A program made the translations under genes and the position numbers. This document shows, piece after piece, positions 24,917 through 34,220 of a stretch of 64,000 nt of DNA. Under the pieces are notes generated by a model that did no database searches, had not been told where the DNA came from, and saw only the letters and a list, made by a program, of their open reading frames with translations. This DNA comes from an uncultured virus (IMG/VR IMGVR_UViG_3300021960_000064) (lineage: Duplodnaviria > Heunggongvirae > Uroviricota > Caudoviricetes). The stretch is taken from IMG/VR virus record IMGVR_UViG_3300021960_000064. One strand, written 5' to 3'. How positions within the stretch are numbered: position 1 is the first letter of the stretch; each line of letters starts with the position of its first letter.

Positions 24917-25501
24917 TCATATCCCTGACCTAAAAGTGAGGTTGACTCTTTCTTGAGCTAACTCTAAATCACTTACAGCGTGAGTAGAATACATTTGATT
25001 ATGACCGTCAAACATAATAACGTCGCCATGTTCTAAAATATAGTGTTTTTCATCTATTATAAAATTCTCTGTTATGGCGTCTATCTCACTGGTATTCGGT
25101 TGTTTTTTGATTGGGTTTTGATAAGTACGTTGTACAAAAACTCGAGGACCACCAAAAGATATAGAAACTACGACATCTTCTAAAGTAGGAACTGTGTCAG
25201 AATGATGCGGAATGCCTTTACCGTCTAGACCATAAAAACCACAGAGACAAAAATTAAATACGATGTCTCTTTTAAAATAACGTGAGGCTACATTCTCCGC
25301 AGCATACTTGATAAGCTCCATAGGATGTGTCCAAAGCTCAGGTTCATACAACTTACCAGCATAGTTAAAACTAGCATCTCCAAAACCACGTGTTGGTCTA
25401 CCTTTTACCATAGCACCGTCAAATAGTCTTTCTCTAGGAGCATCCCATTTATCTATTTTGTGGTCAAAGCCACCGAACAAACTTTTTCTATAGAATATCA
25501 T
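24917..25501 (-). CDS. AlkB-family 2OG-Fe(II) dioxygenase (likely start MIFYRKS)
   Basis: 'FNYAG...HHSD....SISFGGPR.F...LEHGD...HAV.....RVNLTFR'. Confidence 0.8.
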   Translation of the reverse strand: MIFYRKSLFGGFDHKIDKWDAPRERLFDGAMVKGRPTRGFGDASFNYAGKLYEPELWTHPMELIKYAAENVASRYFKRDIVFNFCLCGFYGLDGKGIPHHSDTVPTLEDVVVSISFGGPRVFVQRTYQNPIKKQPNTSEIDAITENFIIDEKHYILEHGDVIMFDGHNQMYSTHAVSDLELAQERVNLTFRSGI

Positions 25502-25976
25502 CGTCTTTTTCGTCAAAATCTTCACCTTCGATAATAGTGCCCATAGGTAATATGCCACCTGTATCGTGATAAATTTCTTTCATACGTTCTAGTATTTGAT
25601 CTTTGTTCATAGTCTCAACTTTATTGACTACAAGCTCACTACGATTAATATATAGACCTGCTGCCTTACCCCTAGCAACTTCTGCACCAACCGCAGCAGA
25701 CCACGCACCATTACGCATAGCCCCTTCTCTTATATCTTTTAAATCTGTGAGGTGAGTAGCTAAATCTAGACTCGCTTTTTTACTGGCTCTATTTTGTAAG
25801 GCTTGTATTTTTTCTTGTACTAATGGGTTCTCATCACTCGTTAACACGTAACCAGCTTTAGTTGCGTTCTTTTCACTGTAGCCTGCATCAATAGCAGCAT
25901 CTTTTTTAGACATGCCTTTAGCTACATTCTGTGCGAATTTTTCTTGTTTAGGAGTAAGTTTTTGTTTCTTTGTCAT
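25488..25976 (-). CDS. Terminase small subunit-like HTH protein
   Basis: 'LTPKQEKFAQ.......DAAIDAGYS...A...G..L'. Confidence 0.7.
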   Translation of the reverse strand: MTKKQKLTPKQEKFAQNVAKGMSKKDAAIDAGYSEKNATKAGYVLTSDENPLVQEKIQALQNRASKKASLDLATHLTDLKDIREGAMRNGAWSAAVGAEVARGKAAGLYINRSELVVNKVETMNKDQILERMKEIYHDTGGILPMGTIIEGEDFDEKDDDIL

Positions 25977-26142
25977 TTACGTTTTTGAATGTAAGAAGTA
26001 ATTTAACATATTTTTCTCTTCTGTCTTCCCACTCTTCTGTAGATTCTTCTAAATTAAACATAAACAAAAGTTCAATAGGGATAGCATATACATGTGTAAG
26101 CCATTTTTCTAGATCATTTTGTGACATACCCCATAGTATAAC

Positions 26143-26496
26143 CTAGTTGATTGATTTAACTTCACTAGCATTATAATCATATACAGATAATTTTTTGTAC
26201 ACTTCCATAGGACAATCTAATATTGCTTTCATAACCATGCCTTGATCATCGTATGGACCGATAACTTCTACTCGCATATGAGGCTCAGTTATTTTACCTT
26301 CAGCACGCTCATGTATTATAAGGGGAAACACAGGGTATTTAACATCTCTAGGGTCATAACCAAACTTACGAACACTTTCATAAAACTTGCCTAAATTAAG
26401 AGTTCTGTTATAGTTATTCGCTATGGCTTCTGAGTTAGCTTGTTCTAACTGAGTAGCATTCATAATCTTTATTTCATGTTTCATGCAGTTCTCCAT
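26143..26496 (-). CDS. Hypothetical protein
   Basis: ~113-117 aa ORF. Confidence 0.55.
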   Translation of the reverse strand: MENCMKHEIKIMNATQLEQANSEAIANNYNRTLNLGKFYESVRKFGYDPRDVKYPVFPLIIHERAEGKITEPHMRVEVIGPYDDQGMVMKAILDCPMEVYKKLSVYDYNASEVKSIN

Positions 26497-26750
26497 ACTC
26501 TCAACATTTTTATATCACCTGCTTCACCGTTACCATCTTCGTAAGTAGTTCTACTTACATAGACTCTATCATTTCTTTTGCCATACGCACTGGCAGCAAC
26601 TCTAAACCGAGTAACTTCTCGTTCGTTATTATCAAAAGGAATAGCTTTGCTATCTCCTATTTCAAAATCTGCGAAGTGCCATTTAATTTTAAAGGGTGGG
26701 CGAGGAATCTCAATGCCTTGTTGGAGTGTGCTCATAATTGCCTCCTTCAT
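26481..26750 (-). CDS. Hypothetical protein
   Basis: 'GIEIP....WHF..FEIGDS......RVWR' pattern seen in small phage proteins. Confidence 0.6.
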   Translation of the reverse strand: MKEAIMSTLQQGIEIPRPPFKIKWHFADFEIGDSKAIPFDNNEREVTRFRVAASAYGKRNDRVYVSRTTYEDGNGEAGDIKMLRVWRTA

Positions 26751-26934
26751 CTTTATAAAACCAGCTTGTAACTTCTACTTCTGATACCTGAATAAAATCA
26801 GGGTTGTATTTTTCATCTATTAAAACACACTCAGCGTTGATATCTTTTTCTTTCATAACTGTGCGAGCTTCGATATCACCACCAAAACTTCCGTAAGAAA
26901 TAGTGTACATTGTGTTTATTTTCTGGGCTTCCAT
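26710..26934 (-). CDS. Hypothetical protein
   Basis: 74 aa; AGGAG RBS; promoter at 26963-26991. Confidence 0.6.
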   Translation of the reverse strand: MEAQKINTMYTISYGSFGGDIEARTVMKEKDINAECVLIDEKYNPDFIQVSEVEVTSWFYKDEGGNYEHTPTRH

Positions 26935-26962
26935 ATATCTCCTATTTATATAATAAAGGTAT

Positions 26963-26991
26963 ATATTAATACTGATCTTATACGAAGTATA
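26963..26991 (-). promoter_or_regulatory. sigma70-like promoter with GATC at spacer position 9-12
   Basis: TATACT-tcgtataaGATCagtat-TAATAT. Confidence 0.6.
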
Positions 26992-27001
26992 TAAAAATCT
27001 A

Positions 27002-27088
27002 AAAATATTTAAGGCGTTTTAAGGCGTTGATGTATTAAGTAGGGGTAAAGGGTAGGGTATTTAAATCAAAGGCTTAAAAACGGTCACA
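27002..27088. repeat. Dispersed non-coding element, copy 2
   Basis: CGTTTTAAGGCGTTGAT ... GGGGTAAAGGGTAGG ... ATCAAAGGCTTAAAAACG. Confidence 0.7.
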
Positions 27089-27094
27089 AGGGCT

Positions 27095-27358
27095 TTAATT
27101 TACAGAGTCGGTATAAAAAGGTATTTTAAAAACTCTAGTAAATTGATACTTACTAGACCCTGTTTTACTCTTTAACGCTTTTACAACCGACCTAGCTATT
27201 TGATCTTTATGAATAATTAGCCAGTCATTTAAGTCATCTCCATGTATAGCTTCGGGATGTTTTTTATCTAGCCTGAGTAAGAGTCGAGCAGGTGTTCCAT
27301 CAACCACGTTCGGGTTATAGTAAACCATTTCCCAAATCGTTTCATACTGTGGGTTCAT
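27095..27358 (-). CDS. Hypothetical protein
   Basis: 87 aa coupled ORF. Confidence 0.55.
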   Translation of the reverse strand: MNPQYETIWEMVYYNPNVVDGTPARLLLRLDKKHPEAIHGDDLNDWLIIHKDQIARSVVKALKSKTGSSKYQFTRVFKIPFYTDSVN

Positions 27359-27900
27359 ACTTTTTTGATATAGCCTAGTTTTATATCATATTTTATATCA
27401 TTAAGGGTAAGTACGCCCTTGTTTAACACATCTTTTATGGTTTTAATTTTATTGTATTGTTTCATACGTTCTTTATTTTTAGCCGACATAGGCATTTTAT
27501 CAGTTCGTATTAATTTTTGACTAGTGTCGTAGGGATCACGAGCACTAACCTCTTTACAATAATTATTCGGTTTAGGTATATCTGTTTGAGTTTTATAACT
27601 GCGTTTCATATCAATGTCCTCTGGTTTGATAGCCAGTTTATAAAAAAGATTCCAAAGTTTTATTTGACAATCTTTAGGGTTTTTAAAAGTTTTAATTTTG
27701 CGTTTAGCAAATGTATTATATGCTTCAATTGCTTTACTCTCTGGTGAAATACAATTTTTAGCTGACATAAATGCAGGGTCACCTATACGTGGATGACCCT
27801 CAACAATTTTATGTAGCTCTGTCATATCGACTTTCACCACCCTTGAATAATCAGGGGTGGTGAAACATAGAAACTCTATAGAGTTATGCTGCTTCTGCAT
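27355..27900 (-). CDS. Hypothetical protein with C-terminal N.R.K...DIKYD domain (paralog 4)
   Basis: 'NKERMKQYNKIKT.......G.....DIKYDI'. Confidence 0.6.
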   Translation of the reverse strand: MQKQHNSIEFLCFTTPDYSRVVKVDMTELHKIVEGHPRIGDPAFMSAKNCISPESKAIEAYNTFAKRKIKTFKNPKDCQIKLWNLFYKLAIKPEDIDMKRSYKTQTDIPKPNNYCKEVSARDPYDTSQKLIRTDKMPMSAKNKERMKQYNKIKTIKDVLNKGVLTLNDIKYDIKLGYIKKV

Positions 27901-28912
27901 ACTCTATAGCTTTAGTCATAGCTTTAGTTTTTAAACTAGCTCTACCGCCAAACCAAGCGTTGTGCATTGCTGCGTCACGGTCATGACCCCACTTATGGTC
28001 TACGACAAAGGTAACAGCATTCATAGCACCCCACCAAGTACCTTTACTTGATTTAAGGTTAGCTCCTGGTTGCTGCTCTAACGCCTCATACACTTTACTA
28101 GGGGCACTTTGAAACTCGTCAAGCATACTCGCACGTGCAGCGTAGGCTTTCTCGTTTTTAGTGTTCTCTAGTATTTTCTGCTGCATAGCTAACTTAGGTT
28201 GCATTAAGTCGGCTATATAACTAATAACGCTATTTTCATTGTACTGTCGACTACAGAGATATTCTGCTGCTTCTTTGTACTCTTTCATACGGTCACTAGC
28301 TAGTCCTAACGCTTGTTCTGCACTCAGGATAAGGTCAGCGTCAAACACTTTAGTATGTGGCATTCTAAAATGTGGCTGACTTTTATCAGCTAACGCCATA
28401 CTCAACGTGTTATTACATACTACCCTAATAGGCGTAAACCTAATCTCGTTAGCTTTACCCCACTCGTGACTCACAGACACAAGCAAGTTACCTAACACCC
28501 TATCATCTCCAGGAAGCGTAAAACTGTCATCAATTTCCGCTAGTCCCCAGATTTGTCTACCGTCTTTTAATGAGCCTGCGGTTGACATACTCATATTACC
28601 AGCGTCAGTAAACTTCTTAAAGAAGGTAAACGCATCACGGTTTTGGGTTGGTATAAACTTTGGTCCGCAAGGTCCAAAGACTTGATTATCACTATCTCTT
28701 ACGAGTAGTGAGTGGTTAGGTGCCATGATAAGGTCTTTCGACTTATCAGAGTCTGCGTGGTCATAAGTAAATATGTCACGTTTACTAACTGACCAATCAA
28801 GACCAGCTTGCACTAACATTTCCTCAGGCGTTAAGTTGCCATCAACTTTTACGCCTAGCCCATGCCAAGGTACTTCCCCTGCATAAGCCATTGTTTCTAC
28901 GGCTGCTGCCAT
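27884..28912 (-). CDS. DUF932 family protein
   Basis: 'AYAGEVPWHGLG...AGLDW.V...TAGSL.DGR.IW..A...TPIRVVCNNTL'. Confidence 0.85.
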   Translation of the reverse strand: MAAAVETMAYAGEVPWHGLGVKVDGNLTPEEMLVQAGLDWSVSKRDIFTYDHADSDKSKDLIMAPNHSLLVRDSDNQVFGPCGPKFIPTQNRDAFTFFKKFTDAGNMSMSTAGSLKDGRQIWGLAEIDDSFTLPGDDRVLGNLLVSVSHEWGKANEIRFTPIRVVCNNTLSMALADKSQPHFRMPHTKVFDADLILSAEQALGLASDRMKEYKEAAEYLCSRQYNENSVISYIADLMQPKLAMQQKILENTKNEKAYAARASMLDEFQSAPSKVYEALEQQPGANLKSSKGTWWGAMNAVTFVVDHKWGHDRDAAMHNAWFGGRASLKTKAMTKAIEYAEAA

Positions 28913-28977
28913 AATATTCTCCCGTTATATTAACCGACATTGGTTAATAACTTACCCTTATATAAGTAAGTAAATTA

Positions 28978-29006
28978 ATATTAGGGTAGATCAACTAATG
29001 ATAAAA
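28978..29006 (-). promoter_or_regulatory. sigma70-like promoter with GATC at spacer position 9-12
   Basis: gattATCc-TTTTAT-cattagttGATCtaccc-TAATAT. Confidence 0.7.
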
Positions 29007-29064
29007 GGATAATCACTAAGTTTTTTAAGACGCTGTTTGAAAAAAATATGTGCAAAAATTTTGG

Positions 29065-29487
29065 TCAGGATTTAATCTTGTACACACCTGCTTGTATCAA
29101 GAGATCTCTATTTTGTAAATGTGCGTCAGCGATTTCTTTCTTACTCTGACCTGTGTATGTGACAGCGTAATGGTTAAGAGTTAGTTGGTTATTTAAGTTA
29201 ATACCATCAGCTATAACTGAACCTAAAACTCTACCAAATTTACCTCGTGAGTCTTTTAGTTTAGTTTGAATAACAATATTTTCTGCGTTCTTTATTTTAG
29301 TAGAAAGATATTCTTTGGCGAGTAAGCCACGAGCTTTTTCTTCAAGATCACGAGTCCTGCTTTCAGGTGTGTCAATACCGTAGAGACGGACGCGAGTACG
29401 ATAAAGAATATCAAAGCCGAGATCCAAAACAACGTCAATAGTGTCGCCATCAACAATTCTTTCGACTTTGCAATTATAGTCATACAT
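29065..29487 (-). CDS. Thermonuclease (SNase-like)
   Basis: 'VDGDTID...RVRLYGIDTPE...GKFGRVL'. Confidence 0.9.
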   Translation of the reverse strand: MYDYNCKVERIVDGDTIDVVLDLGFDILYRTRVRLYGIDTPESRTRDLEEKARGLLAKEYLSTKIKNAENIVIQTKLKDSRGKFGRVLGSVIADGINLNNQLTLNHYAVTYTGQSKKEIADAHLQNRDLLIQAGVYKIKS

Positions 29488-29687
29488 TATTTTTTCTTAC
29501 GAGGTTTACGTTTTTTCTTCGGCACAGTTTTATAGGCTTCATTTACGTTTGGTGTGCTAGGGTCATCAGCAATATACCTGCCTTTTTTATTTCTAGCTCT
29601 AACAGTTTCTGTTTCATGTAGAGGATTTGGTAACTCTACAGAAGACAGGGGTGTGAAAAATTTTAATACTTTTTTAAACCAACTCAT
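29487..29687 (-). CDS. Small basic hypothetical protein
   Basis: 'RARNKKGRYIADDPSTPNVNEAY'. Confidence 0.6.
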   Translation of the reverse strand: MSWFKKVLKFFTPLSSVELPNPLHETETVRARNKKGRYIADDPSTPNVNEAYKTVPKKKRKPRKKK

Positions 29688-29928
29688 TTTTTCTCCTATT
29701 ATGCTCTTCTTGAGCTTCTCTTTTTTGTCTAGGAAGGTAATCTTCCCAACACCTTAAAACAATTAACTTTTTTTCACAATCTGTAAAAGTATTCCAGTCT
29801 CTTATTTCTGAAGCAGTTCTACCACAACCTTTACAAGTTCTGGTCATGCCATAAGTGACTGTGCACACACCGATACATGGAGAGTTAGCTAACCCTGTAG
29901 TTTCATGTAGCCTTGTTTGTGACATCAT
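29674..29928 (-). CDS. DUF1289-like Cys-rich protein
   Basis: 'SPCIGVC.....CKGCGRT..EI..W'. Confidence 0.7.
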   Translation of the reverse strand: MMSQTRLHETTGLANSPCIGVCTVTYGMTRTCKGCGRTASEIRDWNTFTDCEKKLIVLRCWEDYLPRQKREAQEEHNRRKNELV

Positions 29929-30223
29929 TTTTACCTTTTATAAGCCGAACGTTTTTATTCCTAAGCCATTCTCGTAAAAGTTTGTTCCTTTCTATTGTAC
30001 TAAGGTTTGTGTCTTGAAGTAAAGTTTTATGTTTTTGAGTATACATGTTATATCCTGCGTAATAATCACCGTTGCCTAACTCATTAAACCTTACAATCTG
30101 CCAAGCCCTCTGTTTAGTCATGTTATAGCGTACACCTATTTCTTCAAGCGTGCACTCACTATTGAGTGAAAGCATAAATATTTCAAAATATTTTTTTCGT
30201 CTATCTGTTCTTTTACCTACCAT
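29903..30223 (-). CDS. sigma70 region-4-like HTH DNA-binding protein
   Basis: 'TLEEIGVRYNMTKQRAWQI'. Confidence 0.65.
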   Translation of the reverse strand: MVGKRTDRRKKYFEIFMLSLNSECTLEEIGVRYNMTKQRAWQIVRFNELGNGDYYAGYNMYTQKHKTLLQDTNLSTIERNKLLREWLRNKNVRLIKGKNDVTNKAT

Positions 30224-32099
30224 TATAAAACTCCTTGTAGTTTTCTACAGCTGTGCCCCAACTATGACCTATCTCTGCGTCCACTTTGTTAGGTACAACT
30301 AAAGGAACACAATCTGCCATAATCTGTATAATCTTTTCACAATCTTCTATGCTACTCACTGAGATATCTAGCTCATCATGTATCTGTGTATGAGGTAGAA
30401 TGCCTTCTTTGTACAATTCAACCATAGCTTTTTTAGTCATATCTGCAGCTGAACCTTGTATTAATCTATTCATAGCTTTGTATGTAAAAGCACGTTTAAT
30501 ATCTTCACCGTATTTTTCTAAAGCATCTGAATGGGGTAAAGGAGTTTCTCTATCAAATCTAGGTTCAAATAAATTAAACCTACACTTACGCCCTAAAACA
30601 GTAGTGATAAATCCACGGTTATTACCTAGCCTAGCACACTGATCTCTTAAACCTTTTATAAAAGGTACACGCCTATGAAACGTATCAAATAATATCTCCG
30701 CTTCTTGAGGAGAAATATCTAATTGAGATATAAGTTTATCTTTTCCCATGCCATAACTAAGACCAAGATTAATAATCTTAGCTTCTTTACGGCTTATATT
30801 AGCCATGTCTGCTACTACTTGATGAAAGTCTGCGTCCTTGTTTTTATAAGCGTCCACTGCGTCTGCTGCACCTTCCTGCTCGGTAATTGAAGCGTAGTGT
30901 ACAGTAAGTCTAGGCTCTTGTTGAGAGTAGTCAAAAGCTCCCCAATGCATATCTTTTTCAGGCACAAATATACTTCGTATGAGTGGACCGATTTCATCAT
31001 GTCTTGCTGGTACTTGTTGTAAGTTAGGGTTGCTACTACTAAATCTACCTGTCACAGTGCCACCACGGTCGGAGCGTAGCGGATGAAGTTCTCCATGTAT
31101 TCTGCCCTTGACGTTGTGTTCTAAAACCATCTTATCTATAAATGTTGTTCTAGCTTTATTTAGTTTACGTGCTCTTGCTATGTCATTAGCTAGTTTATGG
31201 TCGTGAGATTCTAACCAGTCTCCACTAAAAGAAGGGGCATTAGTTTTAGGAGTTCTTGGGTAACTAAGACCTGCCCTGTCAAATACTGTAGCTACTGATT
31301 TTGCTGCCCATAAATCTGGAGTGACACCATATTCTTTGTGTATACGTTGCAGTATAGAACGTTCTTCACTCATTAACTTTTTACTTACTACTTCAGCTCT
31401 ATCCATATCAACAGGAACACCTTTCCATCTCATGTCTAGTAGAATAGGAATTAAACTGGTTTCAAGTTCATAAATTTTCTCTACGTTTTCACTCTTCAAC
31501 CCTTCTTTTAAAATACCCCAAAGTTTTAAAGTGAGTGCTGCATCTTGTTCTGCATACTTACCTACATACTTAGCTGGTAGCTTATACATTTCAGACTTAG
31601 GATTTATCTTATAGGCTTTTGCTGCTTCTTCAAGTAGTGTCTCATCTTTTACCTCTCCCACATATCTTTGCCCTAATTTATTTAGTGAATACCCATATTG
31701 ATTTTCATCAACTAAAGGTGCAGCAAACATAGTGTCGTGTATTTTACCGCCAACATGAACACCCATTCTTCTAAGCCACCCCATGTCATATAAAGAATTA
31801 TGAAAAATCTTATCGTTTTCGTGTATAAGTTCTTTCTTTAACCACTCAGTCACTACTCTTTTATCTAAGTTACCTCCACCCACATGTTGTATAGGTAAGT
31901 AGATAGCAAACTTTTCTGTAGCTATAGCTATACCAGTTACATAACCTTGCCCTTCAAACGCCCAAGACGGTCCATGAGACATGAGTAAAGGGTCGTAAGT
32001 TTCTAAGTCTATAGCTACTTCTTTAAACTGACTAAGCTCAGGTAAACTAGTAGGGGGTAGCCAATCAGTTTCAGGTGTAAATAAAGAAGGTTGCATCAA
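30213..32099 (-). CDS. polA: Family A DNA polymerase with 3'-5' exonuclease domain
   Basis: ExoI 'DLET', 'TGRFSS.NPNLQQ', motif A 'DYSQQEPR', motif B 'R..AKIINLGLSYG', motif C 'IHDEL'. Confidence 0.95.
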   Translation of the reverse strand: MMQPSLFTPETDWLPPTSLPELSQFKEVAIDLETYDPLLMSHGPSWAFEGQGYVTGIAIATEKFAIYLPIQHVGGGNLDKRVVTEWLKKELIHENDKIFHNSLYDMGWLRRMGVHVGGKIHDTMFAAPLVDENQYGYSLNKLGQRYVGEVKDETLLEEAAKAYKINPKSEMYKLPAKYVGKYAEQDAALTLKLWGILKEGLKSENVEKIYELETSLIPILLDMRWKGVPVDMDRAEVVSKKLMSEERSILQRIHKEYGVTPDLWAAKSVATVFDRAGLSYPRTPKTNAPSFSGDWLESHDHKLANDIARARKLNKARTTFIDKMVLEHNVKGRIHGELHPLRSDRGGTVTGRFSSSNPNLQQVPARHDEIGPLIRSIFVPEKDMHWGAFDYSQQEPRLTVHYASITEQEGAADAVDAYKNKDADFHQVVADMANISRKEAKIINLGLSYGMGKDKLISQLDISPQEAEILFDTFHRRVPFIKGLRDQCARLGNNRGFITTVLGRKCRFNLFEPRFDRETPLPHSDALEKYGEDIKRAFTYKAMNRLIQGSAADMTKKAMVELYKEGILPHTQIHDELDISVSSIEDCEKIIQIMADCVPLVVPNKVDAEIGHSWGTAVENYKEFYNGR

Positions 32100-32180
32100 T
32101 ATCCTCTAACTTTGATGTAGATCAAGACAGCCATAATAATGTTAAATAATAAAAATAATCCCACAACTATACCTATAGCC

Positions 32181-32549
32181 TCAAGTATCATTTTGTTGTT
32201 TATTTGCTTCTTCTAGTACTTGTGCTGTAAAAGACTCAACTAATAATAGATACCTTCTAAGGTCACGTATGTCATCTAGTAAACCAGTATCTGTAGTGTC
32301 AGCAAAAATAGCAGCAAACATATCATAACCTTGTTTATTAGTTTGGTTTTCTATCCTATCCCACTTACGTGCTAACATCATAAAAGCACCTATGCCACCA
32401 CGTTTACGCCAACTGTCACCGTAAGATACTTCAGCGTTTTTTAAACACTCTATATCCTGCTCGGTTAGGTTTTTAATTCTATCAAAATCTGCTGCCATAC
32501 TTATTACTCCTTTATTCGTGTCTACTAGGGCAAATATTTTGTTTACCAA
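32181..32549 (-). CDS. Nucleotide-modification-associated (Nmad1/DUF1599-like) all-alpha pyrophosphatase
   Basis: 'SYGDSW...G......RKWDRI.N.......DDIRDL..Y'; adjacent to the thymidylate synthase homolog. Confidence 0.6.
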   Translation of the reverse strand: MVNKIFALVDTNKGVISMAADFDRIKNLTEQDIECLKNAEVSYGDSWRKRGGIGAFMMLARKWDRIENQTNKQGYDMFAAIFADTTDTGLLDDIRDLRRYLLLVESFTAQVLEEANKQQNDT

Positions 32550-33195
32550 AGTAACACCATTTACATTTAAACTGGGAAGGTCTAGCAGGGAACTCCTCAG
32601 TCGTCGTCATTTCTACAGCCCTAGCGTTTAGTCTTTCACGCTTGGCGTTTACTGTTTCTTTATCGTATTGATACCTATCTAACTTACCATGGTCTAAATA
32701 CCACAGCTCAGTAGTTATAGTTTCTAACTCTGGTAGCCTTTTAAAAACTATAGAAGCATACAGCTCACACTGTTCTCTATGACCTTCTTGATTACCATCA
32801 TACCTACCTGTTTTAAAATCAATTACCCTAGCGTTTTTATCACCTTCAACATGAACAAAAGCATCTACTTTAGCTCTACCCCATGTATCGTGATCAAACC
32901 AACCTGTGGGTTCCCATTCAGTAGTAAAAGCCCAGTCACCTTCACAAAGTACATGCCCTTTTAAATGCATATCTTTTAATAGGTCAAAGGCTTCTTCAAA
33001 ATCCTGTAGGGCTTTAGGTATCTCATCATACCTACCCCTTATATATTCTTCACATTCTTTATGAATATCTTTACCTCTGTCCATGGCTTTATTGCCAGGT
33101 TCTTTTATTCTTTCTATGTACGCATACTCTGCTTTCTTTGGGCACCCTTCAAATGTTTTGAGTCTACTATAAGACCACTGTGGTATATTAGCCAT
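32512..33195 (-). CDS. PD-(D/E)xK exonuclease (Cas4/RecB-like)
   Basis: 'WSYSRLKTFEGCP', 'KVD...IDFKTG', 'QCELY', C-terminal CKWC..C. Confidence 0.85.
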   Translation of the reverse strand: MANIPQWSYSRLKTFEGCPKKAEYAYIERIKEPGNKAMDRGKDIHKECEEYIRGRYDEIPKALQDFEEAFDLLKDMHLKGHVLCEGDWAFTTEWEPTGWFDHDTWGRAKVDAFVHVEGDKNARVIDFKTGRYDGNQEGHREQCELYASIVFKRLPELETITTELWYLDHGKLDRYQYDKETVNAKRERLNARAVEMTTTEEFPARPSQFKCKWCYFGKQNICPSRHE

Positions 33196-34211
33196 TACTT
33201 TTCCTTGTTTTTGATCGCTTTATTTAGCCAGTCAAACCCAGCAGTGCACCAATCAGTAGCCTCACACCTTTGAACTTCAACCAACGCCTCTTCGTACTCT
33301 TCTTTCTTATAACAGTACCAAGCATCCTGCAGTGAACAGGCTACGTCGGTAAAAAAATCATCCGTAAATTCCATTTCTTGAAAAGGTTTACGGTCCAAAA
33401 AATTAACTAAATCTGTATCCCATGTAAAAGAATCTACTGACATCATAGGATAAGGATTAATAGATTTATTTTCGTATGGGTTAATACTTTCTTTCATATT
33501 GTAGTAATCAAAAGCATCCTCTGCTTCTAATTTAGCATGCATGTCCTCAAATACATCAGTGTATGCATGGAAACTATCACTTATTTGAGTATACTTACCC
33601 ACATGCAACATTAAAGCACTAGCCACATACTCATGTAACATAGACATATGAACTGCATTAGCACCAAACGTTCCCCAAATTATATCATTTGACCTATTAC
33701 TTACTGTCATTAACAACTCATCATCTCGTACTTTAAAATAGATAACAGTATTACAAGGAACATCAACACCTGCTCTATTTAAATCAACTAACGGATCCCA
33801 CATTTGAACAACGCAACGTCTATCGTTAGGATCTGCTTGTAATCTTTGAATAACTACTTCTATTTGATCACCGCCAAAGTGTTCACGCCACCTATAACCA
33901 TAGGCACCGTGTAAAACAACACCATCATCACTATATTCTTTCATGCGTTTATTGTATTTAACCACATAATCTAAATCGTTACGACCGCCAAGCATCCATA
34001 AACTTTCCATAAAATGGAAGAAAGGATTAGCTTTACGAATAGGTTCGAATAAAACTCTTTCAGTAGGATTATGATATACAGTAGCCACAGGACACGGAGC
34101 TTCTATAACTTGACCTACACGACTACCTTTGACATCATCTCTAAACTCATTGAGTACGTCTAGACCTCTTATAAAACCATCATTTACATTTCTACAATTA
34201 ATAACTAACAT
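33195..34211 (-). CDS. Thymidylate-synthase-family enzyme, probable dUMP hydroxymethylase
   Basis: 'GAYG.RW...DQ', catalytic 'PCN', 'RSNDIIWG...AN' (Asn at the dUMP-specificity position), 'H.Y'; modification-cluster context. Confidence 0.8.
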   Translation of the reverse strand: MLVINCRNVNDGFIRGLDVLNEFRDDVKGSRVGQVIEAPCPVATVYHNPTERVLFEPIRKANPFFHFMESLWMLGGRNDLDYVVKYNKRMKEYSDDGVVLHGAYGYRWREHFGGDQIEVVIQRLQADPNDRRCVVQMWDPLVDLNRAGVDVPCNTVIYFKVRDDELLMTVSNRSNDIIWGTFGANAVHMSMLHEYVASALMLHVGKYTQISDSFHAYTDVFEDMHAKLEAEDAFDYYNMKESINPYENKSINPYPMMSVDSFTWDTDLVNFLDRKPFQEMEFTDDFFTDVACSLQDAWYCYKKEEYEEALVEVQRCEATDWCTAGFDWLNKAIKNKEK

Positions 34212-34220
34212 TCATATCTC

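Noticed and set aside
24037..25501. TET/JBP thymine dioxygenase call for the 2OG oxygenases
   Set aside because: Motifs fit the AlkB and prolyl/lysyl-hydroxylase clades better, and the TS-family enzyme already provides a route to 5hmdU.
15943..29006. Dam-type GATC methylation as the explanation of the promoter spacer motif
   Set aside because: CATC and GATG occupy the same position as often as GATC, and no methyltransferase is visible in the window; not fully excluded.
33195..34211. dCMP hydroxymethylase (T4-like glucosyl-hmC pathway)
   Set aside because: The specificity position after RSND...G is Asn (dUMP type) rather than Asp, and the neighbour is a 5hmdU-pathway helical domain.
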